In this document: positions 1 to 8,740 of the stretch, one piece after another
How the letters are laid out: each line of letters begins with the position of its first letter
Numbering within the stretch: position 1 is the first letter of the stretch
Source: a virus
Taxonomy: Duplodnaviria; Heunggongvirae; Uroviricota; Caudoviricetes
Virus record (IMG/VR): IMGVR_UViG_2541047718_000017
DNA length: 22,358 nucleotides
Strand: one strand, 5' to 3'
The notes under the pieces: model-generated
Seen by the model: the letters and a program-made list of their open reading frames with translations, nothing else
Databases searched by the model: none
What the model was told of the DNA's origin: nothing
Position numbers and translations under genes: made by a program

Positions 1-219
1 TCAAAGAGAGAGCGCCACCTGTCCTGATTTCATTGGATGCGGCTGAACCGGATTTGACTCTTTTGGCGTTGCAATCGAACGAACAAAAGTTTCATGGGTA
101 ACAAAAGTATGGCTGCAGTTAATGTTCTGGCACTGGTTGTAACGCTCTTTGGTCAATGAAGATACCTGAAAACTGCTGCGAGTATGGGCGGCACTTCCAC
201 ACAGTGGGCAAATCATCAT
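1..219 (-). CDS. ogr: Ogr/Delta-family zinc-finger late transcription activator
   Basis: Translation MICPLCGSAAH...CQNINCSHTF has the C-X2-C...C-X4-C pattern and length of P2 Ogr; sits downstream of D as in P2; GGGAGAG Shine-Dalgarno 8 nt before the ATG at 219; stop at 1-3. Start chosen internal to the 83-aa track ORF. Confidence 0.85.
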   Translation of the reverse strand: MMICPLCGSAAHTRSSFQVSSLTKERYNQCQNINCSHTFVTHETFVRSIATPKESNPVQPHPMKSGQVALSL

Positions 220-309
220 TTTTCGAGCTCTCCCCATTTTTGCTAAATTCACAATAATGATACCGCATTATTCCATTTTGCAAACTTAAAAGTTCTCCAT
301 TGCGAAGAA

Positions 310-1410
310 TCATTCCATTTCGAAATCATCAATCCTCACTTCAAGCTCCAGACTGGTTGTAAAACCGTTATCCGGGCTGACGGTATGTGTCAGAGTCGTA
401 ATGGTCCATTCCGCATCATCTATCGGCTGTTTAAAACCACTGACCTTCACAGGCATTTCCGTGTAGAGATCTGCCCGCCCTTCTGCCAGTTGTAGCGAAA
501 ATGACGCAACGCCGCGTTGCAGGCGTTCCCACTGCATTTTCGCCGCTCGTTCGGCGTTGCTCCGGTTGGCATAAGTGCGATTAAGTACCAGCACGTTTTC
601 ATCCGTACCCACCAGGTAATCGCCCTGCTTCGCTTCTGGCTCTTTCTTCTGCTTCTTAGTTCTGCGCTTACGCTTCACCGTGGTGCTTTCTTTCTTCGCA
701 GGTTCGCGGGTATGCAACCAGCTGGCAATTACGCCCGTGTAGGCTCCGCGATCTGCCAGGGTAAATCGGTGACTGTCGCCGTCCTTGCGTGTGATAGTGA
801 TCACTGGCAGAGGTTTACCAGTGGCGCTTTTGCCCTGCCCCTGCCGGATGAATAACAGATTGCCATTTTTCACCGACGCGATGGCACCGTACTGTCGCGC
901 CAGCCGCATCAGAAAACTGCCGTCACTCTCATTAGTCTGGTCTATATGCTCCACGGGCTTATCCGACAGGTCTTTACCCAGTGCCATCTTCAGCTTGTGC
1001 CGCGCGGCTATTTCCTTCACCACTTCCCCGACGGTGGTCTTATGCCACGATTTTTCACGGCGGGTATTCAGCGTTTCCCGAAAATCAGCACTTCGCGCCC
1101 GGATAGTCAGGCGGTCCGGTGCGCCAGTGTGTTCAATCTCGTCCACTGTGAATGCCCCTTTCGGGAAAAGCGGCTGCCCCTTCCAGCCCAGCGCCAGCGT
1201 AATAACCGCACCACGGCGCGGCAGCACGATTTTTCCGTCAGCGTCATCCAGCTCCAGATCAAGCTGGTCCGCTTCAAAGCCCCGGTTATCCGTCAGCGTC
1301 AAACTCATCAGGCGGTTATCCAGCACAGTGGTGATATCCCTGCCCTCAATACTGATGCTGAATGCGGGAGTTTTGTTGCCTTTGTTAAGCAGTTCAGAGC
1401 TGAAATTCAC
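310..1410 (-). CDS. D: tail protein D (late control gene D product)
   Basis: 366-aa ORF; position after U and before ogr; translation resembles P2 gpD (lysine-rich central linker KRKRRTKKQKKEPE). Exact start uncertain. Confidence 0.88.
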   Translation of the reverse strand: MNFSSELLNKGNKTPAFSISIEGRDITTVLDNRLMSLTLTDNRGFEADQLDLELDDADGKIVLPRRGAVITLALGWKGQPLFPKGAFTVDEIEHTGAPDRLTIRARSADFRETLNTRREKSWHKTTVGEVVKEIAARHKLKMALGKDLSDKPVEHIDQTNESDGSFLMRLARQYGAIASVKNGNLLFIRQGQGKSATGKPLPVITITRKDGDSHRFTLADRGAYTGVIASWLHTREPAKKESTTVKRKRRTKKQKKEPEAKQGDYLVGTDENVLVLNRTYANRSNAERAAKMQWERLQRGVASFSLQLAEGRADLYTEMPVKVSGFKQPIDDAEWTITTLTHTVSPDNGFTTSLELEVRIDDFEME

Positions 1411-1892
1411 GACAGCAGCCCTCCCACCGTTTTACTGATATCGCTTAAGGCAGACGTTGCCGTGTCCTGCAGATTATTCAGTTGCGCACTGAGATCACCG
1501 AACATATCGGACAGGGATTCATCCACTCGTTTGAGCGACAGGGTGAACTCAATCCGGCGCGGCATACCGTCGCGGAAAAACTCCGTTTTAGTCTGATTCA
1601 GTCCCTCAATCACATACATGCCGTAAATCGTGCCGCTGCCTTCAATCAGGGGCCATGCTTTCCCCTGTTCTGCCATCTGCTCCAGTGCCAGCAACGACAG
1701 CCTGCCGCCTGTTATTTCCGGCATAAGAACACCGGAAAGCGTCAGCATGTCGTTTTCCGGTCCCAGAAACTGCGTGGACGGACGTCGGTTTACCCGACTG
1801 TTTGCCGCATGTCGCCAGCTGCGTTGATACTGCAGTTCCTGATACGGAACGGTGCGCAGCATAAACACGTACAATCCCAGCACCATCATCAT
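1407..1892 (-). CDS. U: tail protein U
   Basis: 161-aa ORF directly downstream of T with overlapping stop/start; N-terminus resembles P2 gpU. Confidence 0.88.
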   Translation of the reverse strand: MMMVLGLYVFMLRTVPYQELQYQRSWRHAANSRVNRRPSTQFLGPENDMLTLSGVLMPEITGGRLSLLALEQMAEQGKAWPLIEGSGTIYGMYVIEGLNQTKTEFFRDGMPRRIEFTLSLKRVDESLSDMFGDLSAQLNNLQDTATSALSDISKTVGGLLS

Positions 1893-4800
1893 GCGTCGTA
1901 TCCCCCCTGATCGCTGTAGTTACTCCTGGCTTTTGCCTTCAGCCTGCGTTCACGTTCATCAAGCTGGCGTGCCACCTCCCGCGCAATATCCTGCGCACTT
2001 TGTCCTGGCTGCGTCTGAATGATGATCTGCGTCGGTGCCTCAATCCGTTGAACGAGCGGCACAGTGGCTGCGCGACTCACAATTGCTTCTCCACCTTTCG
2101 CGGGAAGTGCCAAAGGGTGCAACGGTGGAAGCTCTGCTGGCGCGGCAGCAACGCCCATCATTCCGGCAACAACGGCAGCCAGTGCAGCTGTATTTCTCCG
2201 GCTGGTCACATTTGCCGGGCCGTTAACAATTTCCGGCCCGTTTTCACCGACGATGCCAAACTGCCCTCGCGGGATATACCCGCCGCTGTCATACATCCCC
2301 GCAAAGCCATATCCCCATGATGGAAAACCACCCGATGGCATCATCACTTTACCGTCTGCATTCACCGTCGCAGGTTGCTGACGCGTCACGCTTTCCGGCA
2401 GTTTTGCCTTTGCGGCCTCTTTACTGACAATGCCGAGCTTCTCCAGCAACCAGGAAACGCCGGATTTCAGGGAGTCCAGCGGATGCATGACCATATTCAG
2501 CCCTTCCGCCAGTGCCTCCCCGAATCGCCGCCCCATTGCCGCTGCACTCTGCAGTTCGGCAGAGGTCGACTTAACGGGCGTCAGCAGATCAGTAAACCAG
2601 CCCCACAGCGCCTGTACTTTGTCGCCAATCCACTGAAACACAGGCTTAAGTGGTTCGAATGCAGCACTGATGGGACCTGCCGCCGCTTTGAATCCTTCCA
2701 CCACGCCACCGAGAAATGCGGTGATGGGTTGCCAGTATTTCCAGACAACCAGCGCCACGCCCGCCAGTGCAGTAACCACAAGACCTATCGGACTGAGCAG
2801 AGCACCTAACAGACCAGATATGGCATACAGGGCAACGCGCAGCATCGCCAGCGGACCAGATGCAAGCACACGAAGCACCGCGCCTGCGGCAGCCAGTCCA
2901 CCGCGCAGTACCGCCAGAGGATTCATAAACATCACAGCAACAGCACGTAAACCGGATAATCCAGACCGCAAAAGTGCAACCGGCGCACCTGCTACAGTTT
3001 TAAGGACATTTCCCGTCAGTGATGCCGTGCGGCGCAAAGACGACAACGGCGCAGTAAGTAAACCTGCGGCGTTGCCCGATGAAGCAAGCCCGCGTCGCAG
3101 CAGTGCCAGTGGTGCGCCAGCCAGCCAGGACAACGCGCTGCTGGTTCGAGTTACTGCTGCCGTAACGGAAGATAACGTTTTGATACCCAGCACAGAGAAT
3201 CCCAGACGGATCACTGCCAGCGGCCCCAGCACTGCAGCCAGCGCCACCGCTAAGGTGCCGAGGCCGACGGTAACCGCAGCCACAACAGCCGATGCTTTCA
3301 TCAGTGTGCCTGTCAGTTCCGGGTTAGCTTCCACCCAGCGACGCAACGCCCCCGTGACGCTTTTCACCGTGTACAGAATATCCATCAGCGGCTGGCGCAG
3401 CGTTTCGCCCAGGCTGCTGAAGGTGTTCTGCGCTCCGGTTTTGACCAGCAACCACTGCGCAGAAAGTGAATCCTTGTTAATGTCGGATTCTTTCTGCATG
3501 GAGCCGAGCGCATCATTGCCCGCTGTCAGTTTTAACTGACGCTGCAGTTCCGGCAGGTTGTTTGCCAGTTTCGCCGCGTCATCGCCAAACTCTTTACCAA
3601 ACAACATAGTCATGGCAGACAGGCGCTTGTCCTGCGGCAGCGCGTTTACCTTCTCCAGCACGCGCTGGATGGTTCCCATCGCATCCTTCGTCATCTGCTT
3701 TTCAATCACTTCAGGATTGAGTTTCAGCAGATTCATCCCTTCAAAGAAACTTTTGCTTTGCATGGTGGCAATGGACAATTCACACACCATCGCGTTTGCT
3801 GCACTGGCTGCAACCTCTGGCGCAGCGCCCAGTGTCAGGAAGGTGGAACCCAGCGCCGCCGCTTTACGATAATCCAGACGGTCAGCCACACCGCCCAGAC
3901 GTTGCATCACATCAATGATGTCTGCCCCTTTCGACATGGCGTTATCATCCAGATAGTTCAGCGCATCACCGAGCTGTTCAATATTGCGGGTGGGGATTTT
4001 GTAGAGCTGGGCGATTTTCCCCAGACTTTCTGACAGTTCATCCGCTGGCAGCTCAAAGGCTGTTGCCGCCTTTGCTGCCGTACTGGCGAAGGCCAGCAGG
4101 TCACGTTTCTGATCTTCCCAACTGTCGTCAGGGTTTGCGACGTTCATGCGCGCGCCACCTTCAACCAGTGCAGCGAAATCCACAGCACCGTTTTCCATCG
4201 GCAACTGTTCGCTGGCAGCCTTGATGGCATCCTGCATTTCATAAAAACGTGCAGTGCGGTTGCCATTATCGTCACGCAGACCATTGACCTGCTTTGCCAC
4301 ACCTTTCATGGCATCTTCCATGCTGGTATAGCTTTTTACTGCCGCCATCACTGGTGCGCCCATTGCCAGCCCTGCAGCCGTGGTGGTGGCTCCGGCACCT
4401 GCAATACGATCACGCACCTCCAGCGAACGGGCATAACTGGCACGCGCTGCATTCATCCTGCGCTGAGCTTCCCCCAGTCGCTTCAGCCGCGCCTCCTGTT
4501 TCGAAAGTTCCTGGTTATAACGTGATGTTTCACGGGCTAAACGGGCAGTTGCTCCCGCATCGTCTTTCGCAGAAATTCCCGCCCGGTACAGTTCAGCACG
4601 CACAAGCGCCGTCTGCTGCTGCAGCTTTTTCTGGCGTTCTTCCAGGCGCTGAACAGCCAGCCGTTGACGGCCCAGAGCAACAACCTGACGTTGCGAAGGC
4701 GGCCCCATCGCTCCCAGTTCCTGACTGAGCAAATTTGCACGCTGGCGGGCATAGTTCAGCCTGTCGCCTAATTTCTGATTTTCTGCCTGCAGCTTTCGGA

Positions 4801-4966
4801 AGCTGTCCAGACTGCTCCCGGCCTGATCAAGCTGCTTTATTGCATCGCGGGATTTTTTGACAGCAGCAGCCAGTTCTCTTGAACTGGCCTGCGCAGATCG
4901 AAATGGGCGGGTGAGCTTGTCAACCGCATTAAGAATGACCTGCAGACGCAGGTTGTTATCACTCAT
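1889..4966 (-). CDS. T: tail tape measure protein
   Basis: 1025-aa ORF; coiled-coil-rich N-terminal third, Gly/Ala/Leu-rich repeated hydrophobic segments in the middle, position between E/E' and U; typical of P2 gpT. Confidence 0.92.
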   Translation of the reverse strand: MSDNNLRLQVILNAVDKLTRPFRSAQASSRELAAAVKKSRDAIKQLDQAGSSLDSFRKLQAENQKLGDRLNYARQRANLLSQELGAMGPPSQRQVVALGRQRLAVQRLEERQKKLQQQTALVRAELYRAGISAKDDAGATARLARETSRYNQELSKQEARLKRLGEAQRRMNAARASYARSLEVRDRIAGAGATTTAAGLAMGAPVMAAVKSYTSMEDAMKGVAKQVNGLRDDNGNRTARFYEMQDAIKAASEQLPMENGAVDFAALVEGGARMNVANPDDSWEDQKRDLLAFASTAAKAATAFELPADELSESLGKIAQLYKIPTRNIEQLGDALNYLDDNAMSKGADIIDVMQRLGGVADRLDYRKAAALGSTFLTLGAAPEVAASAANAMVCELSIATMQSKSFFEGMNLLKLNPEVIEKQMTKDAMGTIQRVLEKVNALPQDKRLSAMTMLFGKEFGDDAAKLANNLPELQRQLKLTAGNDALGSMQKESDINKDSLSAQWLLVKTGAQNTFSSLGETLRQPLMDILYTVKSVTGALRRWVEANPELTGTLMKASAVVAAVTVGLGTLAVALAAVLGPLAVIRLGFSVLGIKTLSSVTAAVTRTSSALSWLAGAPLALLRRGLASSGNAAGLLTAPLSSLRRTASLTGNVLKTVAGAPVALLRSGLSGLRAVAVMFMNPLAVLRGGLAAAGAVLRVLASGPLAMLRVALYAISGLLGALLSPIGLVVTALAGVALVVWKYWQPITAFLGGVVEGFKAAAGPISAAFEPLKPVFQWIGDKVQALWGWFTDLLTPVKSTSAELQSAAAMGRRFGEALAEGLNMVMHPLDSLKSGVSWLLEKLGIVSKEAAKAKLPESVTRQQPATVNADGKVMMPSGGFPSWGYGFAGMYDSGGYIPRGQFGIVGENGPEIVNGPANVTSRRNTAALAAVVAGMMGVAAAPAELPPLHPLALPAKGGEAIVSRAATVPLVQRIEAPTQIIIQTQPGQSAQDIAREVARQLDERERRLKAKARSNYSDQGGYDA

Positions 4967-5395
4967 CGTTGGCCCCGCTTCTCTGAATCGCTTTATACCG
5001 CCATTCCAGCACTTCGGTCAGCGGCATAACGTCAGTAACGGATGGCGGCCAGTGAAAAATGGTGGCGATATCTGCCACCAGATCGTCAACCGTCAGGCTG
5101 TCGGTAAACCGGCAAGCACCGACTTCTTCAACAAAAAAGTGACAACCTCAACCGACATGGCAGTGAGATCTGCCGGGTCCATCTCTGCAATTTCCTGTGC
5201 AGTCAGTGCCGGACTGGAGATGCGGGGGAGCACGGTCATCATCGCGTTTACATCCATATCCATAATGGCCTGCAGGCGTGTACCGCGCAGCGCACCGGAC
5301 TGCGGTTTACGCAGCACAATTTCGGTGATTTCTGTTTTACCGCGCTTGATGGGGGTATCCAGTTGAATGGTCTTTTCAGTCTGCTTATCGCTCAT
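4959..5395 (-). CDS. E': tail assembly chaperone E+E' (programmed -1 frameshift product, about 145 aa)
   Basis: T_TTT_TTG heptamer on the minus strand at 5138..5132 in the E frame (ACT TTT TTG); the -1 frame stays open for 57 codons to a TGA at 4961..4959, overlapping the T start (4966). Manually translated. Confidence 0.72.
5093..5395 (-). CDS. E: tail assembly chaperone E (zero-frame product)
   Basis: 100-aa ORF between FII and T; the slippery heptamer lies near its 3' end. Confidence 0.88.
   Translation of the reverse strand: MSDKQTEKTIQLDTPIKRGKTEITEIVLRKPQSGALRGTRLQAIMDMDVNAMMTVLPRISSPALTAQEIAEMDPADLTAMSVEVVTFLLKKSVLAGLPTA
5132..5138 (-). other. -1 ribosomal frameshift slippery heptamer TTTTTTG (E to E')
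   Basis: Plus strand reads caaaaaa; X_XXY_YYZ register matches the E reading frame. Confidence 0.7.
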
Positions 5396-5420
5396 TTTGC
5401 TGTCCTGTCAATTGGGTTCT

Positions 5421-5438
5421 GGCGCGGTATCCCGCGCC
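5421..5438 (-). other. GC-rich stem-loop between FII and E (7-bp stem GGCGCGG/CCGCGCC, 4-nt loop)
   Basis: Perfect inverted repeat in the 54-bp FII-E intergenic region; no U-tract follows on the mRNA strand. Confidence 0.35.
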
Positions 5439-5449
5439 GTTCAGATATA

Positions 5450-5965
5450 TCAGAGGCCGAGGGCGTTGCGGTGCGCTTCCATCAGGTCCACACCGTCCAC
5501 AATTTCCACCATGTTGATAAGGTCCACTTCATAGAGCACCTCACCATTGATGGTCAGCTTCGCGTAGCTGTTGGTACTGGTCACTTTGGTGGTGTTGCTT
5601 TCGCCCGTCTTCCACTCGCCGGAATCCACTTCTTTGTGACGTCCACGCACGACAAGCTCCACGGCCTGCACTTCCCCGGTATCGTCACGCTGAATAGAGC
5701 CGGTAAAGCGCAGCTGGATGCCATCCACCGTGGCTTTACCCATCTGTTTAAACAGCAGCAATTCAGTACCACCAATGGAAAATTCTGTATCCAGCGCACT
5801 GTCATCAAGCCCCAGATCCACATCCACCGCACCCGGCATTCCGCCGCCGCGATACTTCTCATATTTGCGGGTAAATTTCGGCAGCGTCAGCGACTCAACG
5901 ATCCCCTGCCAGTTGTTCCCGTCGTTAAACAGGTTCAGGTGTTTTAATTTGCGTGGTAAAGCCAT
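5450..5965 (-). CDS. FII: tail tube protein
   Basis: 171-aa ORF; position and translation consistent with P2 gpFII. Confidence 0.9.
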   Translation of the reverse strand: MALPRKLKHLNLFNDGNNWQGIVESLTLPKFTRKYEKYRGGGMPGAVDVDLGLDDSALDTEFSIGGTELLLFKQMGKATVDGIQLRFTGSIQRDDTGEVQAVELVVRGRHKEVDSGEWKTGESNTTKVTSTNSYAKLTINGEVLYEVDLINMVEIVDGVDLMEAHRNALGL

Positions 5966-5974
5966 GTTGTCCCC

Positions 5975-6195
5975 TTACGCGCTGACCTGGCTGGCGAAAT
6001 TAACCAGGTACTGATCGGTGATGCGCTGACGCAGCATCAGGTTTTCAAGTGGCGGCACTGGCGTGTAGTCGTAGTCGATGGTGAGTTTTCCGGCTTTCAG
6101 CGTGTCTTTGTCGTTCACCGACTCATCCAGCCAGCAATCACCACCAATGAGATAGCCCTGACTGACCAGGCTGCGCATTTTGGCGCGGATACCTT
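5975..6195 (-). pseudogene. FI: tail sheath protein FI, detached C-terminal fragment (about 71 codons)
   Basis: ...[71 protein letters not shown] matches the P2 FI C-terminus; no FI-like sequence upstream of the junction at about 6194; the track ORF extends to 6337 only because no stop intervenes. Confidence 0.85.
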
Positions 6196-6207
6196 GGTTT
6201 GGGAGAA
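6182..6207 (+). other. hybrid invertase crossover site (junction A): FI-derived half GGCGCGGATACC, core TT, tail-fibre half GGTTTGGGAGAA
   Basis: 12-2-12 architecture; right half is the exact inverted repeat of 8045-8056; left half is sheath coding sequence. Confidence 0.7.
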
Positions 6208-6696
6208 GGCTCTGCATTACCGGTTGGGGTGCCTGTTCCGTGGCCTTCAGCCACTCCGCCAACAGGCTGGCTGAAATGCAACGGTGCCGCTTTTTCTGCT
6301 GAAGAATACCCGGAACTGGCAAAGGCTTATCCGACAAATAAATTGCCTGATTTACGTGGTGAGTTTATTCGTGGCTGGGATGACGGGCGTGGTATTGATG
6401 CTGTACGTGCCTTGCTAAGTCTTCAGAATGGAGGAGTGGAATCACACACCCACCAAGGGCAGCTCTTCAGAGTTAGTGATTATCGTACAAAAGAAATACC
6501 AGCATCAGAAGTTATGGGAAGAGGATATATTGCAAGCCTGACGCCGGGTGCTGATAGCCCACTTGATTTTGATGATTATTCTGTATCTTCTAATCCAAAT
6601 GGATATTTTGTCGGGAATCAGAGAACAACAGCATATGGGATAAATGAAACCCGTCCACGGAATATTGCATTTAACTATATCGTGAGGGCTGCCTGA
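6196..6696 (+). CDS. tail fibre variable C-terminal exon (Hv), currently not joined to the H constant region
   Basis: Begins GGT TTG GGA GAA (GLGE) immediately after the crossover core; translation ...[42 protein letters not shown]...NYIVRAA is a typical enterobacterial side-tail-fibre C-terminal receptor-binding domain; upstream in-frame stop at about 6163. Confidence 0.8.
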   Translation, partial: GLGEGSALPVGVPVPWPSATPPTGWLKCNGAAFSAEEYPELAKAYPTNKLPDLRGEFIRGWDDGRGIDAVRALLSLQNGGVESHTHQGQLFRVSDYRTKEIPASEVMGRGYIASLTPGADSPLDFDDYSVSSNPNGYFVGNQRTTAYGINETRPRNIAFNYIVRAA

Positions 6697-7298
6697 TGAA
6701 TAAAGCCGTATTAAATAACGAACTCATTGCCATAAAAGCGGGAGACATTACCATTTATAATTATGATGGTGAAACGCGGGAATATATTTCCACATCAACT
6801 GAATATCTTGCGGTTGGCGTCGGTATCCCGGCATGTTCTTGTTTAGATGCACCAGTTACACATAAAGCTGGTTATGCAATCTGCCGTTCTGCAGATTTTA
6901 ACTCATGGGAATATGTGCCAGACCATCGCGGTGAAATCATCTATAGCACCGAAACAGGAGAATCGAAAGAAATCACAGCTCCGGGTGATTACCCTGAAAA
7001 TACAACCACTATCGCCCCGTTAACGCCATATGATAAATGGGATGGTGAGAAATGGGTGACGGATACTGAGGCACAGCATAGTGCCGCAGTAGACGCGGCA
7101 GAAGCACAGCGCCAGTCACTGATTGATGCAGCAATGGCTTCCATTAGTCTGATTCAGCTGAAATTACAGGCCGGACGGAAGTTGACGCAGGCAGAAACAA
7201 CCCGACTTAACGCCGTGCTGGATTACATTGACGCGGTGGCGGCAACAGATACCAGCACCGCGCCGGATGTCATCTGGCCTGAACTGCCGGAGGCGTAG
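6696..7298 (+). CDS. tail fibre assembly chaperone (Tfa / Mu U-like) for Hv
   Basis: 200-aa ORF coupled to the Hv stop; C-terminal ...DYIDAVAATDTSTAPDVIWPELPEA motif typical of Tfa proteins. Confidence 0.85.
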   Translation: MNKAVLNNELIAIKAGDITIYNYDGETREYISTSTEYLAVGVGIPACSCLDAPVTHKAGYAICRSADFNSWEYVPDHRGEIIYSTETGESKEITAPGDYPENTTTIAPLTPYDKWDGEKWVTDTEAQHSAAVDAAEAQRQSLIDAAMASISLIQLKLQAGRKLTQAETTRLNAVLDYIDAVAATDTSTAPDVIWPELPEA

Positions 7299-7707
7299 GC
7301 CATTCAATATCTGGCGCACCGGTAGTATCGACTAGCTCCAGTGCGTCCAGATAATCCAGCCACGAATTATATTGCGCCAGTTCCTCGCTTTTCAGACGAC
7401 CAATAGCGGCTTTACCGGGCCATTGTTTACTGTTCATGTATTCGTTGGCCTGATTAAGCAATAATTGCCTTTCTGATTCTGCCTGTTGAATAAGTTCTTC
7501 ATGTGATGGTGGAGGTATTAGTGCCCATGTGGGTAATCCATTTTTTCCTGCAACACGAATTTTGTCATCTGGAGGCGTATTGATTGCAAATTCATTATAA
7601 ACATCATCACTGACAGCCAGAGCATCATCTGGCCATGAATTTGCATTAATGTAATCATCCTTAAGTGCAGGATTCACAAAAATGTTTAAAGATGGACTAT
7701 AAAACAT
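7270..7707 (-). CDS. alternative tail fibre assembly chaperone (Tfa', Mu U'-like)
   Basis: 145-aa ORF convergent with and overlapping tfa by 29 bp; C-terminal ...DYLDALELVDTTGAPDIEWPTPPA motif. Confidence 0.85.
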   Translation of the reverse strand: MFYSPSLNIFVNPALKDDYINANSWPDDALAVSDDVYNEFAINTPPDDKIRVAGKNGLPTWALIPPPSHEELIQQAESERQLLLNQANEYMNSKQWPGKAAIGRLKSEELAQYNSWLDYLDALELVDTTGAPDIEWPTPPAVQAR

Positions 7708-7708
7708 A

Positions 7709-8056
7709 TTACACCCCTATAGCGATATAACGACCTAATACAGCGTTTACAGCAGTCGCTATGCTTGAAAAACCGCGGAACTGATTTGATGTAATTGCAG
7801 AAGCCGACAGGATTCCTGCGCCTGAAGGTGTATGCCCCACATGACTAACTATCATTCCATAACATGCTGACGGAAAGGCAAAAGGAAAATCGTTAAGATA
7901 TCCGGCATCTTCACCACCAGACCCACCAAATCTCGCCTGCCCCCACTGAATAATCAGTGTTCTCCGGGAACCTGAAATAATTAACGGGATCGTTACATAC
8001 CCATTCAGGCCAATGACACCCGATGCAGTGCCAGCCAGAGATAATTCTCCCAAACC
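7709..8056 (-). CDS. alternative tail fibre variable C-terminal exon (Hv')
   Basis: Coding starts at the crossover core with the same GGT TTG GGA GAA (GLGE) as Hv; followed by tfa'. Codons upstream of 8056 in the track ORF (MMPVSCYLCIFLNV) lie in the outer half-site and are probably not coding. Confidence 0.78.
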   Translation of the reverse strand, partial: GLGELSLAGTASGVIGLNGYVTIPLIISGSRRTLIIQWGQARFGGSGGEDAGYLNDFPFAFPSACYGMIVSHVGHTPSGAGILSASAITSNQFRGFSSIATAVNAVLGRYIAIGV

Positions 8057-8070
8057 AACGTTTAAGAAAA
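8045..8070 (+). other. invertase crossover site (gix/hix/pix-like): TTCTCCCAAACC AA CGTTTAAGAAAA
   Basis: 12-2-12 near-dyad resembling the remembered hix/gix consensus (TTCTnnAAAACC-NN-GGTTT...); inner half is a perfect inverted repeat of 6196-6207; lies 56 bp upstream of the invertase start. Confidence 0.75.
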
Positions 8071-8125
8071 TGCAGAGGTAACAGCTAACTGGCATCATCT
8101 CCGGTTTTTATTCAGGGGGATGATC

Positions 8126-8692
8126 ATGCTTATTGGCTATGTACGCGTGTCAACAAATGACCAGAACACCGATTTGCAACGTAATGCACTGAACTGCGCG
8201 GGATGTGAGCAGATTTTTGAGGACAAAATCAGTGGCACTAAGTCCGACAGACCGGGGCTGAAAAAACTACTCAGGACACTATCGGCAGGAGACACGCTGG
8301 TTGTCTGGAAGCTGGACAGGTTGGGGCGCAGTATGCGGCATCTTGTTACGCTGATAGAAGAGTTGCGCCAGCGTGGTGTGAATTTCAGAAGCCTGACTGA
8401 CAGTATTGATACCAGTACCCCAATGGGCCGTTTCTTTTTTCATGTCATGGGTGCCCTGGCTGAAATGGAACGCGAACTGATAGTTGAACGTACCAGGGCA
8501 GGGCTGGCTGCAGCTCGTGCCAAAGGCAGAGTAGGTGGACGCCGTCCTAAGTTGACCACCGAACAGTGGGCACAGATTGGGCGTTTACTCGAGGCCGGAG
8601 AATCAAGACAGCGTATTGCACTGATTTTTGATGTAGGCGTTTCTACCATTTATAGAAAATTTCCGGCAAATAAGATCAATGAATCCCCCTGA
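8126..8692 (+). CDS. serine-recombinase DNA invertase (Gin/Pin/Cin/Hin family)
   Basis: MLIGYVRVSTNDQNTDLQRNAL...VVWKLDRLGRSMRHL...MGRFFFHVMGALAEMERELIVERT... matches Gin/Pin-type invertases from memory, including the catalytic Ser in YVRVST and a C-terminal HTH. Start taken at the internal ATG (track start 8120). Confidence 0.92.
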   Translation: MLIGYVRVSTNDQNTDLQRNALNCAGCEQIFEDKISGTKSDRPGLKKLLRTLSAGDTLVVWKLDRLGRSMRHLVTLIEELRQRGVNFRSLTDSIDTSTPMGRFFFHVMGALAEMERELIVERTRAGLAAARAKGRVGGRRPKLTTEQWAQIGRLLEAGESRQRIALIFDVGVSTIYRKFPANKINESP

Positions 8693-8740
8693 ATCAGCAT
8701 TATGTTGATTATCCCTGCAAGCAGACAAATACCGTTATTT

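Noticed and set aside
119-313. 64-aa minus-strand ORF overlapping the D stop and the ogr 5' end
   Set aside because: Overlaps ogr in another frame and the ogr Shine-Dalgarno region; no support beyond being open.
785-1596. Two overlapping plus-strand ORFs (217 and 216 aa) antisense to D and U
   Set aside because: No start context, low-complexity Ser/Arg-rich translations, fully embedded antisense in conserved structural genes.
2670-3539. 289-aa plus-strand ORF (Ala/Ser/Thr/Pro-rich) inside the tape measure gene
   Set aside because: Antisense to a well-supported 1025-aa gene; composition is typical of a spurious open frame opposite GC-rich coding sequence.
6196-6337. Upstream part of the 120-aa track ORF 5975..6337 ([49 protein letters not shown])
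   Set aside because: This stretch is antisense to the Hv exon and only appears coding because no stop intervenes before the sheath C-terminal fragment; sheath homology begins at the crossover core.
8057-8098. N-terminal 14 codons (MMPVSCYLCIFLNV) of the track ORF for Hv'
   Set aside because: They lie in the outer half of the crossover site and the invertase promoter region; the real exon begins at the core and is expressed only when fused to H.
8120-8692. Fis-dependent recombinational enhancer inside the 5' part of the invertase gene
   Set aside because: Expected by analogy with gin/hin/cin, but I could not identify convincing Fis sites by eye; left unannotated.
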